Below, piece by piece: positions 8,992 through 17,875 of a DNA stretch of 53,176 bases (positions are counted from its first letter, which is position 1; each line of letters begins with the position of its first letter). The stretch is taken from positions 1 to 53,176 of IMG/VR virus record IMGVR_UViG_3300049172_000079; one strand, given 5' to 3'. Source of the DNA: a virus. Its lineage: Duplodnaviria > Caudoviricetes. Under the pieces are notes generated by a model, which was not told the origin of the DNA, made no database searches, and saw only the letters and a list, made by a program, of their open reading frames with translations. A program made the position numbers and the translations under genes.

Positions 8992-9869
8992 AGGTATTCC
9001 TCGGCTTGTCGGAGGGTGTCCCAGGTCGGCATTCCGATCTGGGGGATTTCGGTGACGGGCCCGGTCCAGTCGGGCCAGTTGCCAGTGCGCTCGCACTCGG
9101 CGTAGATGCGCAGCGCCTTCTCGTTGCGGGCGCGGCCGATGTCGCGGTCCTGCTGCGCGAGCTCCCGCACGGTGATCAGGTACGGGGCGGTCTTCGACTG
9201 GAAGACGAAGATGAACCGGCACCCGTCCGGGGCGAGCCCCGCAGCCTCGATCCCGTCGGTGTAGAGGGCGTCCTGCTGGTGGTAGGAGTGGTCGCGGATC
9301 GCGCGGGACACGGCGTCGGGGCTGGCGTCCTTCGCCGTCTTGTAGTCGGCGGCAAGGGCCACGCCGGGCAGCTGCTTCAGCCAGTCCGGGCGGACGCGGC
9401 AGCGGACACCGGTTGCCGGGTCGGTCCAGAAGATCGACAGTTCCGCGCGGCCTGAGCCGGGGGCGAATAGCGGCCCCGCAATCGGGTGCTGGCGGATCGC
9501 CTCCGCCATCGCCTGCACCTGCTCGTGCTCCTTCGGGAGCAGCGGCACCAAGCCAGCGGCGTACGCGCCGTCACGCTGGACCTGGGCGTCCTTCTTCTTG
9601 TAGTCGGGGAAGTCGATGAGTTCGAAGTCGGAGCCTTCGCCGAGGACGAGCTTGTGCGCGGCGTGCCCGAGGTCGAACTCCCGCTTCGGCGCCCGCGGGT
9701 TGTCCCGGTCGTACTTGAACTGCGCGGGGCAGCCCGGCGCGAGCAGTGCGCGCAGCCCGGACGAGGAGATCGACGTCTTGTCGGCGTGGTACTGCTCGGC
9801 GGTGAGGTCGTCCCGGATGACCGGGCCGGCGGCCGGGGCCTGGACCCCGGCGTCGGTCGTGACGGTCAC
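8988..9869 (-). CDS. RecE-like PD-(D/E)XK exonuclease
   Basis: YHAD..ISSSG, GHAAH, ELSIFW, CRVRPD, DYKT, YHQQDALY. Confidence 0.85.
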   Translation of the reverse strand: MTVTTDAGVQAPAAGPVIRDDLTAEQYHADKTSISSSGLRALLAPGCPAQFKYDRDNPRAPKREFDLGHAAHKLVLGEGSDFELIDFPDYKKKDAQVQRDGAYAAGLVPLLPKEHEQVQAMAEAIRQHPIAGPLFAPGSGRAELSIFWTDPATGVRCRVRPDWLKQLPGVALAADYKTAKDASPDAVSRAIRDHSYHQQDALYTDGIEAAGLAPDGCRFIFVFQSKTAPYLITVRELAQQDRDIGRARNEKALRIYAECERTGNWPDWTGPVTEIPQIGMPTWDTLRQAEEYL

Positions 9870-10093
9870 GGGGTCTCCTCGGTGGTCGGGTAGTCGAAGG
9901 CGGGGGTGGTGGCGTCGGGGTCGGCGTCGTAGAGGAGGTGCCGGTACTCGGCTGCCTCGCCCGCCGTGGCGTGTCCGGTGGGCCAGTCGGGGTGCTCGAC
10001 CAGCCAGTGCGCGCGGTCGAGGCGCTCGGCGAGCCGCTCCTTCGCGGCCTGGCCCTGCTGCCGGACGACGAGGTCGTGCATGCGCTCGCTCAC
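9866..10093 (-). CDS. Hypothetical protein
   Basis: Coupled 75-aa ORF. Confidence 0.55.
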   Translation of the reverse strand: MSERMHDLVVRQQGQAAKERLAERLDRAHWLVEHPDWPTGHATAGEAAEYRHLLYDADPDATTPAFDYPTTEETP

Positions 10094-10824
10094 CGGCCCT
10101 CACCCCGCTCGGCGGCGTCGGCCGCCTTCTTACGCAGGTAGTAGGCGGCGGCCCGCATGCGGTGGCATGCCTTGCACACGCGTTGCCCGCTCTTGGGCAC
10201 CACGTAGAGGTTGTCGCCAGCCAGTTCGTGTCCCCGTCGGCAGTGCGTCTGCGTTTGCGCGCGGTCAGCGGGACGGCCGAGGTACTGCTGATCTGCTTGT
10301 GATGGGGATGCGTCCCGGTAGCCGTGTCTTGCCAGACGCGCTTGGATGCCGTTGTGTCGTACCCCGAGAACCTGGGCGATGTGGTAGACGGTCACGCCCT
10401 GCTCGGTCAGCGAGTGCAGCAAGGCGGTGAACTCTTCGCTGACGCGCCGCTCCGGGGCGTCAGCGGGCGTGGCGCCGTTCACTGTTGCTGCGGTCTGCTG
10501 CATCTCACGCAGGCGTTCGGCCAGCTCGTCGTGGATCAGGAGTCGGCGCCGCGCGGGTGCCTTCGGCTCCGGCTGCGGCTTGCGAGGGGGCAGGGGGACG
10601 TCGGGAATCCGCGTAACAACGTGCGCCTCTGCTCGGGCCGCCGCCTGTTCCACGGCCTGACGGCTCACACCGAGAGCGTTCGCCAGGGCCTGATAGGTCC
10701 AGCCGTTCAGCTTCGCGATGACGAGCGTCGCGGGGTAGCGGGAATCGCGGTCTTCTCGGAGCTTCCGCAGGTGCGCTGCGAATGCTTCGGGAACCTGCTG
10801 CCCCTTCCAGATGTGGCTGCTCAT
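10090..10824 (-). CDS. Two-HTH DNA-binding protein with C-terminal Zn finger
   Basis: WTYQALANALGVSRQAV; VTVYHIAQVLGV; THCRRGH...RVCKAC. Confidence 0.7.
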   Translation of the reverse strand: MSSHIWKGQQVPEAFAAHLRKLREDRDSRYPATLVIAKLNGWTYQALANALGVSRQAVEQAAARAEAHVVTRIPDVPLPPRKPQPEPKAPARRRLLIHDELAERLREMQQTAATVNGATPADAPERRVSEEFTALLHSLTEQGVTVYHIAQVLGVRHNGIQARLARHGYRDASPSQADQQYLGRPADRAQTQTHCRRGHELAGDNLYVVPKSGQRVCKACHRMRAAAYYLRKKAADAAERGEGR

Positions 10825-11195
10825 GCCGTCCTCCGCTCCTGCGCCGGGACGGGGCGGGGCGCAGTGAGTTCGGCGGTGGCGTCGCGCATCTGCCGGAGCC
10901 CGGTGGCGTACACCTCGATCCGGCCGTCGCCCGCGTACTGCTCCAGCAGCGTCTGCATCCGCGTGTCGAACTCGTGCCTCGCGTGGGAGTCGCGGCCTTG
11001 GTGTTGTGCCGACAGGGCCAGTTGGTGCATGTCGGCGAACTCCTCGCCGAAGCCCTCCGGGTCCTCCGCCGCCGACTGGAACAGCTCGACGAACACGGCG
11101 CGGATGAGGAACGTCGAGATGTCGATGTCGACGCCGTTGTCGGTGGGGCGGAGGGTGACGGGGATCGGTGCGTCGATCCGGTAGTTCTGGTTCAT
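10821..11195 (-). CDS. Hypothetical protein
   Basis: Start MNQNYRID with GGGAG RBS; coupled. Confidence 0.6.
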   Translation of the reverse strand: MNQNYRIDAPIPVTLRPTDNGVDIDISTFLIRAVFVELFQSAAEDPEGFGEEFADMHQLALSAQHQGRDSHARHEFDTRMQTLLEQYAGDGRIEVYATGLRQMRDATAELTAPRPVPAQERRTA

Positions 11196-11422
11196 CGGGT
11201 GCTCCCGGTCTTGCGGTGGCGGCCCTGCGGCCGAGAAGAGGCGAGGTGGCCCGTACGGGCCCAATGCGGGACGCGCTGCGGGGCGGTGGGCTTCGCGCGC
11301 GGCTCGGGCTGCGGCTCGGTGGTCAGCTGCCACAGGAACTGGCCGATCCAGAACGCGGCGTACGCGAGGCCCAGGTAGATGACGGCGTGGAGCGTGCACC
11401 AGCCCCACAGCACGTGACCCAT
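11192..11422 (-). CDS. Small membrane protein
   Basis: N-terminal hydrophobic segment; coupled. Confidence 0.5.
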   Translation of the reverse strand: MGHVLWGWCTLHAVIYLGLAYAAFWIGQFLWQLTTEPQPEPRAKPTAPQRVPHWARTGHLASSRPQGRHRKTGSTR

Positions 11423-11889
11423 CACGGGGTGGCGCCCGGTTGAGGCAAGTCCCGGCCGAGTCGGTAGTCGTGATGCAGCGGCGAGACGTAAGCGTCCTCG
11501 CGGAGGGCTTGCGTCGGCGCGAACGTCCGCGTCAACGCATCCGGCATCTCCAGCACGTCCCGCATGTCCGCGAGCGCGTGCACGTACCCGTTCCGGTATT
11601 CCCGGTGGATCGAGTCGACCTTCAACTTCTCCGGCAGCCGCATGCTCTCCAGCCCCGCGAGCTGCCCCCGAAGCCGCGCGTTCGCCTCGTGCTCCCGCTT
11701 CAGCTCCGCCACCGACTCCTCGGCAACCCGCACCGCATCCGCCGACACCGACGCCATATCCGCCGCCGTCTCCGGCGTCATCAACAACCCCGCCGACTCC
11801 AACGCCAACGCAATCCCCGCCGGCGTCCGGTTCTGCGTCAACGCCGCGAGGATCACGCCCGCTGCGCTGTTCACGCGCTTCGTGTTCAT
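11422..11889 (-). CDS. Hypothetical phage protein
   Basis: MNTKRVNSAAGVI...SPLHHDYRLGRDLP. Confidence 0.6.
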   Translation of the reverse strand: MNTKRVNSAAGVILAALTQNRTPAGIALALESAGLLMTPETAADMASVSADAVRVAEESVAELKREHEANARLRGQLAGLESMRLPEKLKVDSIHREYRNGYVHALADMRDVLEMPDALTRTFAPTQALREDAYVSPLHHDYRLGRDLPQPGATP

Positions 11890-12086
11890 GCCGCCACCGC
11901 CTGCGGGGCGAACTCGGCGTGCACCTGCGCGATCGCAGCCAGGTACTGCTCTCGCTGCCACGGCTTCCACGCCTGCCAGTCCGGACCGAAGTAGTCCAGG
12001 AACTCCTGGTCCACCGCAGCGAGCGCCTGCTCCTCCACGTCCTCCGCACGCACCATCTCCGGCACGCTGATCGCGACCGCGTTCAC
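11886..12086 (-). CDS. Hypothetical protein
   Basis: GTG start; coupled. Confidence 0.55.
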   Translation of the reverse strand: MNAVAISVPEMVRAEDVEEQALAAVDQEFLDYFGPDWQAWKPWQREQYLAAIAQVHAEFAPQAVAA

Positions 12087-12397
12087 AGCGCCACCGCCAC
12101 AGCGCGCACCGGGACCGACACGACAACCTCGACCGGAACGTCCCGCCAAACCGACGACAACACGTGCTGCCGCACCCGCCCGTCGCCGCTCTCGTACTCC
12201 CCGCCGGCACGGATGCTGCCGCCCACGAACTTCGCGCAGTCGGCGAGGACGCGCATGCCGCCTTCGTGGATGTAGCCGACGAGAGTCGGGGCGGTCCGGC
12301 TGACCGTCCAGCTCATGTGCTCGGACAGTCCGGGGTGCTCCGCGAGGAGCTGCACCAGCGCGGTCGCCGCGCTGAGCTGAGTAGAGTTACTGGCCAT
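12083..12397 (-). CDS. Hypothetical protein
   Basis: GGAGAGG RBS before MASNS. Confidence 0.6.
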   Translation of the reverse strand: MASNSTQLSAATALVQLLAEHPGLSEHMSWTVSRTAPTLVGYIHEGGMRVLADCAKFVGGSIRAGGEYESGDGRVRQHVLSSVWRDVPVEVVVSVPVRAVAVAL

Positions 12398-12490
12398 CGG
12401 TGGCCTCTCCTTCATCTGGTTCGTAGGGGCGCCGTACGGAGGGCTGCTCGGGCCGGCAAGTCAGAGCGGCCCTTCGGCGCGTTCAAGGGG

Positions 12491-12604
12491 TCAGGCGCCC
12501 AGTGGGCGGTTGCGGCGGCACTTCCGGCACGCCATCCGGACCGGCGGGTTGCGGTGGTCGCAGGTCGGGCAGACCCAGCCGAGCAGTGCCCGCAGCCGGT
12601 GCAT
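12491..12604 (-). CDS. 37-aa zinc-finger peptide
   Basis: WVCPTC...N.....AC..C (RanBP2-like spacing); coupled to the xis stop. Confidence 0.45.
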   Translation of the reverse strand: MHRLRALLGWVCPTCDHRNPPVRMACRKCRRNRPLGA

Positions 12605-12810
12605 CAGGCGGCGTCCAGCAGCCGCACCAGCGACGCGGTGACCACGCGCTGCCGGGTGCCGAGCGGGACGAGCTTCACCGGCGACTCGCCACGGATGATC
12701 AGCTGGCGAAGGTGCTCCTTCGACACGCCGAGCGCGGTCGCGGCCTGCGGGACGCTGACTGTCGCCGGCCACTTCTTGACGTCGTCGAGGGTGGGGACGG
12801 TGGCTGCCAT
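12604..12810 (-). CDS. xis: Excisionase-like HTH protein
   Basis: WPATVSVPQAATALGVSK...GESPVK.V.LG.R.RV.TASL; second gene of the early operon. Confidence 0.7.
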   Translation of the reverse strand: MAATVPTLDDVKKWPATVSVPQAATALGVSKEHLRQLIIRGESPVKLVPLGTRQRVVTASLVRLLDAA

Positions 12811-13043
12811 CAGCGGGCCCCCGTCGTGGTGTCCAGCTCGGGCGGGCGGAGGTCTTCGACCTCGCAGTTGAGGGTGTTGGCGAACCGCCTGAGGACGCGG
12901 GGGGAGGCTCCACGCAGGCCCCGCTCCAACACCGACATATGCGAGGGGGAGATGCCTGCGGCTTTGGCCAGTTCGGCCTGGTTGAGGCCTGCTTCGATGC
13001 GGCGTCGCCTGAGTCTCTGGGGGTCTTGGAGAGGTGGTGACAT
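12810..13043 (-). CDS. Cro-like XRE HTH regulator
   Basis: LRRRRIEAGLNQAELAKAAGISPSHMSVLERG; divergent from the repressor. Confidence 0.85.
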   Translation of the reverse strand: MSPPLQDPQRLRRRRIEAGLNQAELAKAAGISPSHMSVLERGLRGASPRVLRRFANTLNCEVEDLRPPELDTTTGAR

Positions 13044-13049
13044 GCCTCA

Positions 13050-13210
13050 AGAGTAGCGAGAAGTAGAAGCAAGTCAAGGCCGTAGTTGAAGGAAGTAGAA
13101 CTCTGTTTGTGAAGGACTTGTGTGGTGGGGTTCTCGACTTGGGGCAGGCCCTGGAACCTGGGACAGTTGACTGAAGTTGACAAAAGTCCACAGGAGTAGG
13201 AGGAAGTAAT
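13050..13210. promoter_or_regulatory. Lysis/lysogeny switch: leftward promoter plus four AGTWG-N3-GAAGTW operator-like direct repeats
   Basis: Repeats at 13052, 13084, 13165 and 13195; minus-strand TTGACT-N16-TACTCT ending 6 nt before the cro ATG. Confidence 0.65.
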
Positions 13211-13727
13211 GGCGCCCGAGCACGGCACCCCCCAGCCGCCGCCCGAGGCAGACCTCATCCGCCTCGCACGGCAAGCGCGCGGCATGAGCCCAGAGGAAGC
13301 TGCGGACCGGACCCCAATCCGGATCAAGGGCTTCCGCTGGCGGCAGATTGAGAACGGCTACAAGGGCAAGCCCGGCACCTCGGACGAGGTGAAAGGCCCG
13401 GACAAGACCATCGCCCACATGGCGCACACCGTTGGCGTCACCTCCGCCCGGCTCGCCGAGTACCGCCCCAAGGCGGCGGCGATCCTGCGTGAGATCGAGC
13501 TGCAGCAAGTGGAGCGGTCCGACTCCCTCCCGGACCCGCTGGGCAACCTGACCTCGGATCGGCAGCGCATCATCCTCGACATGATCGCGGAGCTACCGCC
13601 CGCAGACCGTGCGCCCGCGTTGCGGCGTCTCGCCGAGCGCGTGGAGGGAGGCGAGTTGGACACCCCGGAGCAGGCGTCGGCGCCGCCAGTTCGCGGTGTT
13701 GACCAGCGGCATCCGCGCACTGGATAG
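13209..13727 (+). CDS. Immunity repressor (XRE-like HTH)
   Basis: LIRLARQARGMSPEEAA...RWRQIENG; divergent from cro and co-oriented with int. Confidence 0.7.
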   Translation: MAPEHGTPQPPPEADLIRLARQARGMSPEEAADRTPIRIKGFRWRQIENGYKGKPGTSDEVKGPDKTIAHMAHTVGVTSARLAEYRPKAAAILREIELQQVERSDSLPDPLGNLTSDRQRIILDMIAELPPADRAPALRRLAERVEGGELDTPEQASAPPVRGVDQRHPRTG

Positions 13728-13869
13728 GGATAACGTCGGATAGTAACGTTTCAGCCACGATCCGCGTTTACGGTCGTGACTCAGGGCAACTCGGGGGGCA
13801 CCGTGTGTACCCCGCACATTCACGCCGACATGTACGGAGACCGAGACCCACCGTGTACAGGGGACGAGA

Positions 13870-14760
13870 ATGAGCTGGATCGTTCTCGCGGCTGGGCTCG
13901 GCGTCGCTAACTTCATCGCGGTTGTGCTGCTCTTCCGGCGGCTGAGGCGTGACCTCGGTCGGCAGCTGCGCGACATGCGTGCCGAGCGCAACAGCGAACT
14001 GATACTGCACGCCCTGCGGGACGTGCCCGAACAACGAGAGCAGGCGGCTCAGGTCGCCAACGGAAGCGGAGGGACCGAACCGTCACCCGGCGGCCCGCAA
14101 CCGGTCCGACGCAAGCGGCACCTGGGGCTGTTCATCGGGGGCGGTGTCGCGGCACTCGCCGCAACGCTCAGCCACGCATTGCGGGAAGCCTGGCAAACCC
14201 AGCGATGGCAGCTGATAGGAACCGCGGCGGGGGTGGCCGCAGCCGCCGCGACCACCGTGCTCCTTCTGGCTTATCAGCCGTGGGAGGACGGTGACAGCCA
14301 CGCCCCGCCATCCTCCGCACCGACGGCGGAGCCGCCTGTCACCCGCCCACCCGGCTACACCCAGCCGCCGCCCGACAGCACGCGGCCCAGCGAGCCGACG
14401 TCCAGTGCCAGCCCGCCACCATCGCGGAGCGGGCCGGAGCCGAACGGCAGCGCCACGCCCAGCGAGTCCGCGTCTACGCGACCGCCGGCAACCACATCGC
14501 GGGTGCCCAGCGTCGAGTCTTCCGGACGGTCGTCGGTGCCACCGCCGCCACCAGACAGGCAGTCGCCACCAGACAGGGTGCCGCCACCAGGCGGCGAGCC
14601 GCCGTCCACGGCGCCCGAGCCGCCACCCGCAACGCCCACCACGCCACCGCCAACAGGCAAGCAGCCACCACCGCCACACGCCCCAGCCCACTGCGCCAGC
14701 CTCACCGTTCCGCCTGTGCTCAGCATCGGGTTGTGCATCCTCGGCCGGGGCGCTGGCTGA
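13870..14760 (+). CDS. Membrane protein with Pro/Ser/Thr-rich C-terminus
   Basis: Three hydrophobic segments, a long P/S/T tract and a terminal C-x10-C. Confidence 0.65.
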   Translation: MSWIVLAAGLGVANFIAVVLLFRRLRRDLGRQLRDMRAERNSELILHALRDVPEQREQAAQVANGSGGTEPSPGGPQPVRRKRHLGLFIGGGVAALAATLSHALREAWQTQRWQLIGTAAGVAAAAATTVLLLAYQPWEDGDSHAPPSSAPTAEPPVTRPPGYTQPPPDSTRPSEPTSSASPPPSRSGPEPNGSATPSESASTRPPATTSRVPSVESSGRSSVPPPPPDRQSPPDRVPPPGGEPPSTAPEPPPATPTTPPPTGKQPPPPHAPAHCASLTVPPVLSIGLCILGRGAG

Positions 14761-14776
14761 AACAGAGAGGGGAACA

Positions 14777-16018
14777 GTGGCAGAGATCAAGAAGGTCGTG
14801 CTGGGTAGCGGCAAGGTCCGCTACCGCACGGTCATCGACATTGGCCATGAGCCGAAGAAGGACAAGGTCACCGGTGAGGTGATCACCAACCCGGTGACCG
14901 GTAAGCCGGTGATGAAGCGCCTTCAGCTCACCATCACCAAGGACAAGAAGAAGGATGTAGAGGCTGAAGTCGCCCGCATCCGCGGGCAGATGGCCGCTGG
15001 GACGTACATCGCCAAGAGTGACATCACCGTGGCGGAGTGGCTGGATGAGTGGCTTCGGATGAAGGCCAGGGACATCGAAGCGACATCCATTCACGGCTAC
15101 CGGAAGTCGCTGGTCCACATCTACAGCATGCTGGGGCACGTCCGCCTCCAGGAGCTGAGCGAGGACATGGTGCAGGACTGCGTCGACCGCATGGTGACGC
15201 AGGGGAGGCGCAGAAGCGGCACGCCAGGCACAAGGCTGGCGGTGAGCACTGTTCAGCACGCCATCGACCGGTTCAGGCAGGCCCTGGCCCGGGCGGTCAC
15301 GCGGAAGCTGATCCCGGAGAACCCCGCGAAGTTCGTGCGGGTCTCCCTCGTCGACCGGAAGGCGGACAAGCGGGAGCGGCGGCGTGAGAAGCCGTGGACC
15401 GTGGCCGAAGTGCAGCTGTTCATCAAGGGCATCCAGGACGACCGGCTACACGCCCCGCTCCTGATGAGCCTGATGGGCCTGCGGCCGGCCGAGGTCTGCG
15501 GGCTGCGGTGGACTGACGTCGACCTCACGCTCGGCACCCTTGAGACGGCCATCACTCGCACGATGGTTTCCAACAAGACGGTGGTGGAGAAGGACGCCAA
15601 GACGGAAGCCGGTGAGCGCGTCCTGCCGCTGCCTCAGGGGGTATGGGAGGCGCTGCGGAGGTTCAAGGCCCGGCAGGCCGCCGAGAAGCTGGCGGCCGGC
15701 GAGGCCTACACCGACAGTGGCCTCGTGGTCGTGGACGAGCTCGGGGTGCCGGTGAACACTCGGCAGTTGCGTGAGCAGCACGCGTATCGGTTGATGGCCG
15801 ACCTGGGTCTACGCAAGGTGCGCCTGTACGACGCCCGGCACTCGTGTCTGACGTACCTCGCGAACAAGGGGGTGTTGGATCACATCTTGGCGGCGTGGGC
15901 CGGGCATACGAATGCGGGCTTCACGAAGAAGAAGTACGTCCACCCGGATGTTGAGGATCTGCGTTCGGCTGCTGCGGTGTGGGATGGCTTCCACGGTGGC
16001 GAGACGGCGCGGTCGTGA
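14777..16018 (+). CDS. int: Tyrosine integrase
   Basis: GLRPAE, KT, RLYDARH, WAGH, KKY catalytic motifs; N-terminal TVAEWLDEWL. Confidence 0.95.
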   Translation: MAEIKKVVLGSGKVRYRTVIDIGHEPKKDKVTGEVITNPVTGKPVMKRLQLTITKDKKKDVEAEVARIRGQMAAGTYIAKSDITVAEWLDEWLRMKARDIEATSIHGYRKSLVHIYSMLGHVRLQELSEDMVQDCVDRMVTQGRRRSGTPGTRLAVSTVQHAIDRFRQALARAVTRKLIPENPAKFVRVSLVDRKADKRERRREKPWTVAEVQLFIKGIQDDRLHAPLLMSLMGLRPAEVCGLRWTDVDLTLGTLETAITRTMVSNKTVVEKDAKTEAGERVLPLPQGVWEALRRFKARQAAEKLAAGEAYTDSGLVVVDELGVPVNTRQLREQHAYRLMADLGLRKVRLYDARHSCLTYLANKGVLDHILAAWAGHTNAGFTKKKYVHPDVEDLRSAAAVWDGFHGGETARS

Positions 16019-16214
16019 GAGATTGTGAGATGTAACCGGCTTCGGGGTGCCCTATATGGGCTCTGACCTGGGCTGCACGGTTCGGTCGTAGAACCATGTG
16101 CCGACTCTAGCGGGCGGCAACTGTGACAACGAGTGCCCGGTCCACCAATGGCGCCACCCGTTTGGCGGCCCCCGGCAGCCGTCTCACACCCAGCGTGTGA
16201 GATGTGTGTGAGAC
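16014..16214. other. Putative attP with GTGAGA arm-type sites flanking a core region
   Basis: GTGAGA twice at 16015-16029; GTCTCACAC, GTGTGAGAT and GTGTGAGAC at 16181-16214; immediately after the int stop. Confidence 0.6.
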
Positions 16215-16238
16215 GGCTACCCGCCGGAGCATGAGGGA

Positions 16239-16278
16239 GGCCCCGTCCCTCCGCCACCTTCGGCGGAGGGACGGGGCC
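16239..16278. terminator. Perfect 17-bp stem-loop
   Basis: GGCCCCGTCCCTCCGCC-ACCTTC-GGCGGAGGGACGGGGCC. Confidence 0.65.
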
Positions 16279-16500
16279 CGTGGAGCCCGTCTCGTCGTCG
16301 TCTTCCGGATCGTCTCCGAGACGGGCCGACCCGCCCCAGTCGCAGCTTCCGGACCGCGACAGGGCGGGAGCTTGTGAGCACCGGCAGAGATCAGCCTGGC
16401 CGCGTCAAGTGAATGGCGCATTTCTGTCGTGTGCCCATGATCGCTAGATTTACCCACCCAGGTAAAGACCTACCGGCCAAGATCATCTACTTGTGGTCGG

Positions 16501-16734
16501 GTGCCACTCGACCCCATGCCCGACTGGGTGCCAGAGCGCCGCCGGGAAATCGGGGAACGCATCCGCACCAACCGCCGCCACGCCGGCCTCTCCCAGCTTC
16601 AGTTAGGTGAACGCGTCGGCCGCGACCACAAGACGATCCACCGGTACGAGACCGCGCAGCGCGCCCCGTCCCTCACCGACCTGCTCCTCATCGCCGACGT
16701 CCTCGGCGTCCCGCTCGCCGACCTCGTGAGGTGA
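16501..16734 (+). CDS. Small XRE HTH regulator with a TTA codon
   Basis: IRTNRRHAGLSQLQLGERVGRDHKTIHRYE; in-frame TTA at 16603-16605. Confidence 0.85.
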   Translation: MPLDPMPDWVPERRREIGERIRTNRRHAGLSQLQLGERVGRDHKTIHRYETAQRAPSLTDLLLIADVLGVPLADLVR

Positions 16735-16756
16735 GGAGGAGGCGCCGCCCGTCGAC

Positions 16757-17875
16757 TCACCAGCGGATCGTCTGCCCCTCCGGGGTGACGGTGACGATGA
16801 ACTCCTCCAGCGCCGGTGCGCCGGCCTTCACCCAACGGCCGAACTGCTCCTCCACGGCGTCCCACAGAGGCTCCGGTCCGCCCTGCCGGACGAGCCACCG
16901 GCCGCTGTCCTGGTACACCGCGGCCCATGAGCCGGTGTCGACGTCGACCAGGACGTCCTCTGTGTGCCCGTCCCGCTGCATCGTCAGGCGCTGGGCGCCT
17001 GGCACGGCGAACTGCACGACGAACCGGGAGGTCCAGTTGTTCAGCACCTCGGCCCCGGTCTGGGTCTCGCGTTCCTTGCCGGCGTCGAGGTCGGGAAGTA
17101 GGCCGAGCGGCGGCGGCATGTGTGGGCGGGCGAGCATGAAGGACACGGCCCCGCCCAGCAGCGGCCCGGACGCTGTGCCGTCCTGGTGGACTGTGAGGCG
17201 TGCGAGTTCGGATGATCCGAGCCATCCGCCGACCGTCGCCAGGATCAGGCCGCCCGGCCGGGTCTGCTCGACCCACGCCATGGGCACCGTGCGCACGCCG
17301 CAGGTCGCGATGACCCGGTCGTAGGGGGCGCCCGCGCCGTGGCCGAGGAGGCCGTCGCCTGTGACGAGCGTCGGATACGTGCCGAGGTGGCCGAGGGCCG
17401 CCCGGGCCCGCGATGCGACCCAGGCGTCGTACTCGATCGAGGTGACGCACTCGTCACCGAGCCGCGCGCAGAGCAGGGCAGTCGAGTAGCCGGTGCCGGT
17501 GCCGATCTCCAGCACCTTGTGCCCGTCTTCGGCCTGGAGGTCCTCGAGCATGCGCAGCACGAGGGAGGGCAGGGTGCTGGAGCTGGTCGGCTCGCGCGTG
17601 ATCCGGCCGCGCAGGTCCTCGGGCACGATCGTGCCGGCGATCTGGGTCACCAGTGACTCGTCGGTGTAGCAGCCTTCCAGCCAGTCCGGGTCATCTTCCC
17701 GGATGGGCTGCCACGCGGTGAAGTCCGTGCCGACCGCCCGCCGGAAGTACCCGCCGCGTAGGAACTCGTGCCGGGGGACGGTTTCGGCGGCGTGCTTCCA
17801 CGGCGCCGTGCGCAGGCTGCCGCTGGCGGTCATCTTGTCGAGGAGCTGCCTGTGGAGCTGTTCTTGATCGGTCAC
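16757..17875 (-). CDS. tgmC: ATP-grasp peptide system methyltransferase (PIMT-like, aspartimide-forming)
   Basis: VPRHEF, SSSTLPS, VLEIGTGTGY, GDG..G, PYDRVIATC; coupled to the ATP-grasp gene. Confidence 0.9.
   Translation of the reverse strand: MTDQEQLHRQLLDKMTASGSLRTAPWKHAAETVPRHEFLRGGYFRRAVGTDFTAWQPIREDDPDWLEGCYTDESLVTQIAGTIVPEDLRGRITREPTSSSTLPSLVLRMLEDLQAEDGHKVLEIGTGTGYSTALLCARLGDECVTSIEYDAWVASRARAALGHLGTYPTLVTGDGLLGHGAGAPYDRVIATCGVRTVPMAWVEQTRPGGLILATVGGWLGSSELARLTVHQDGTASGPLLGGAVSFMLARPHMPPPLGLLPDLDAGKERETQTGAEVLNNWTSRFVVQFAVPGAQRLTMQRDGHTEDVLVDVDTGSWAAVYQDSGRWLVRQGGPEPLWDAVEEQFGRWVKAGAPALEEFIVTVTPEGQTIRW

Noticed and set aside
14290-14700. CCGCCA/CCACC repeats
   Set aside because: Explained by the proline-rich protein; a single codon phase dominates.
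15820-15842. Integrase HxxR motif reads YDAR, suggesting inactivation
   Set aside because: The other catalytic residues are present and this position is known to vary in tyrosine recombinases.
16131-16147. CCCGGTCCACCA resembling a tRNA/tmRNA 3' end near attP
   Set aside because: No GTTCRA T-loop or cloverleaf upstream; I found no tRNA in the window.
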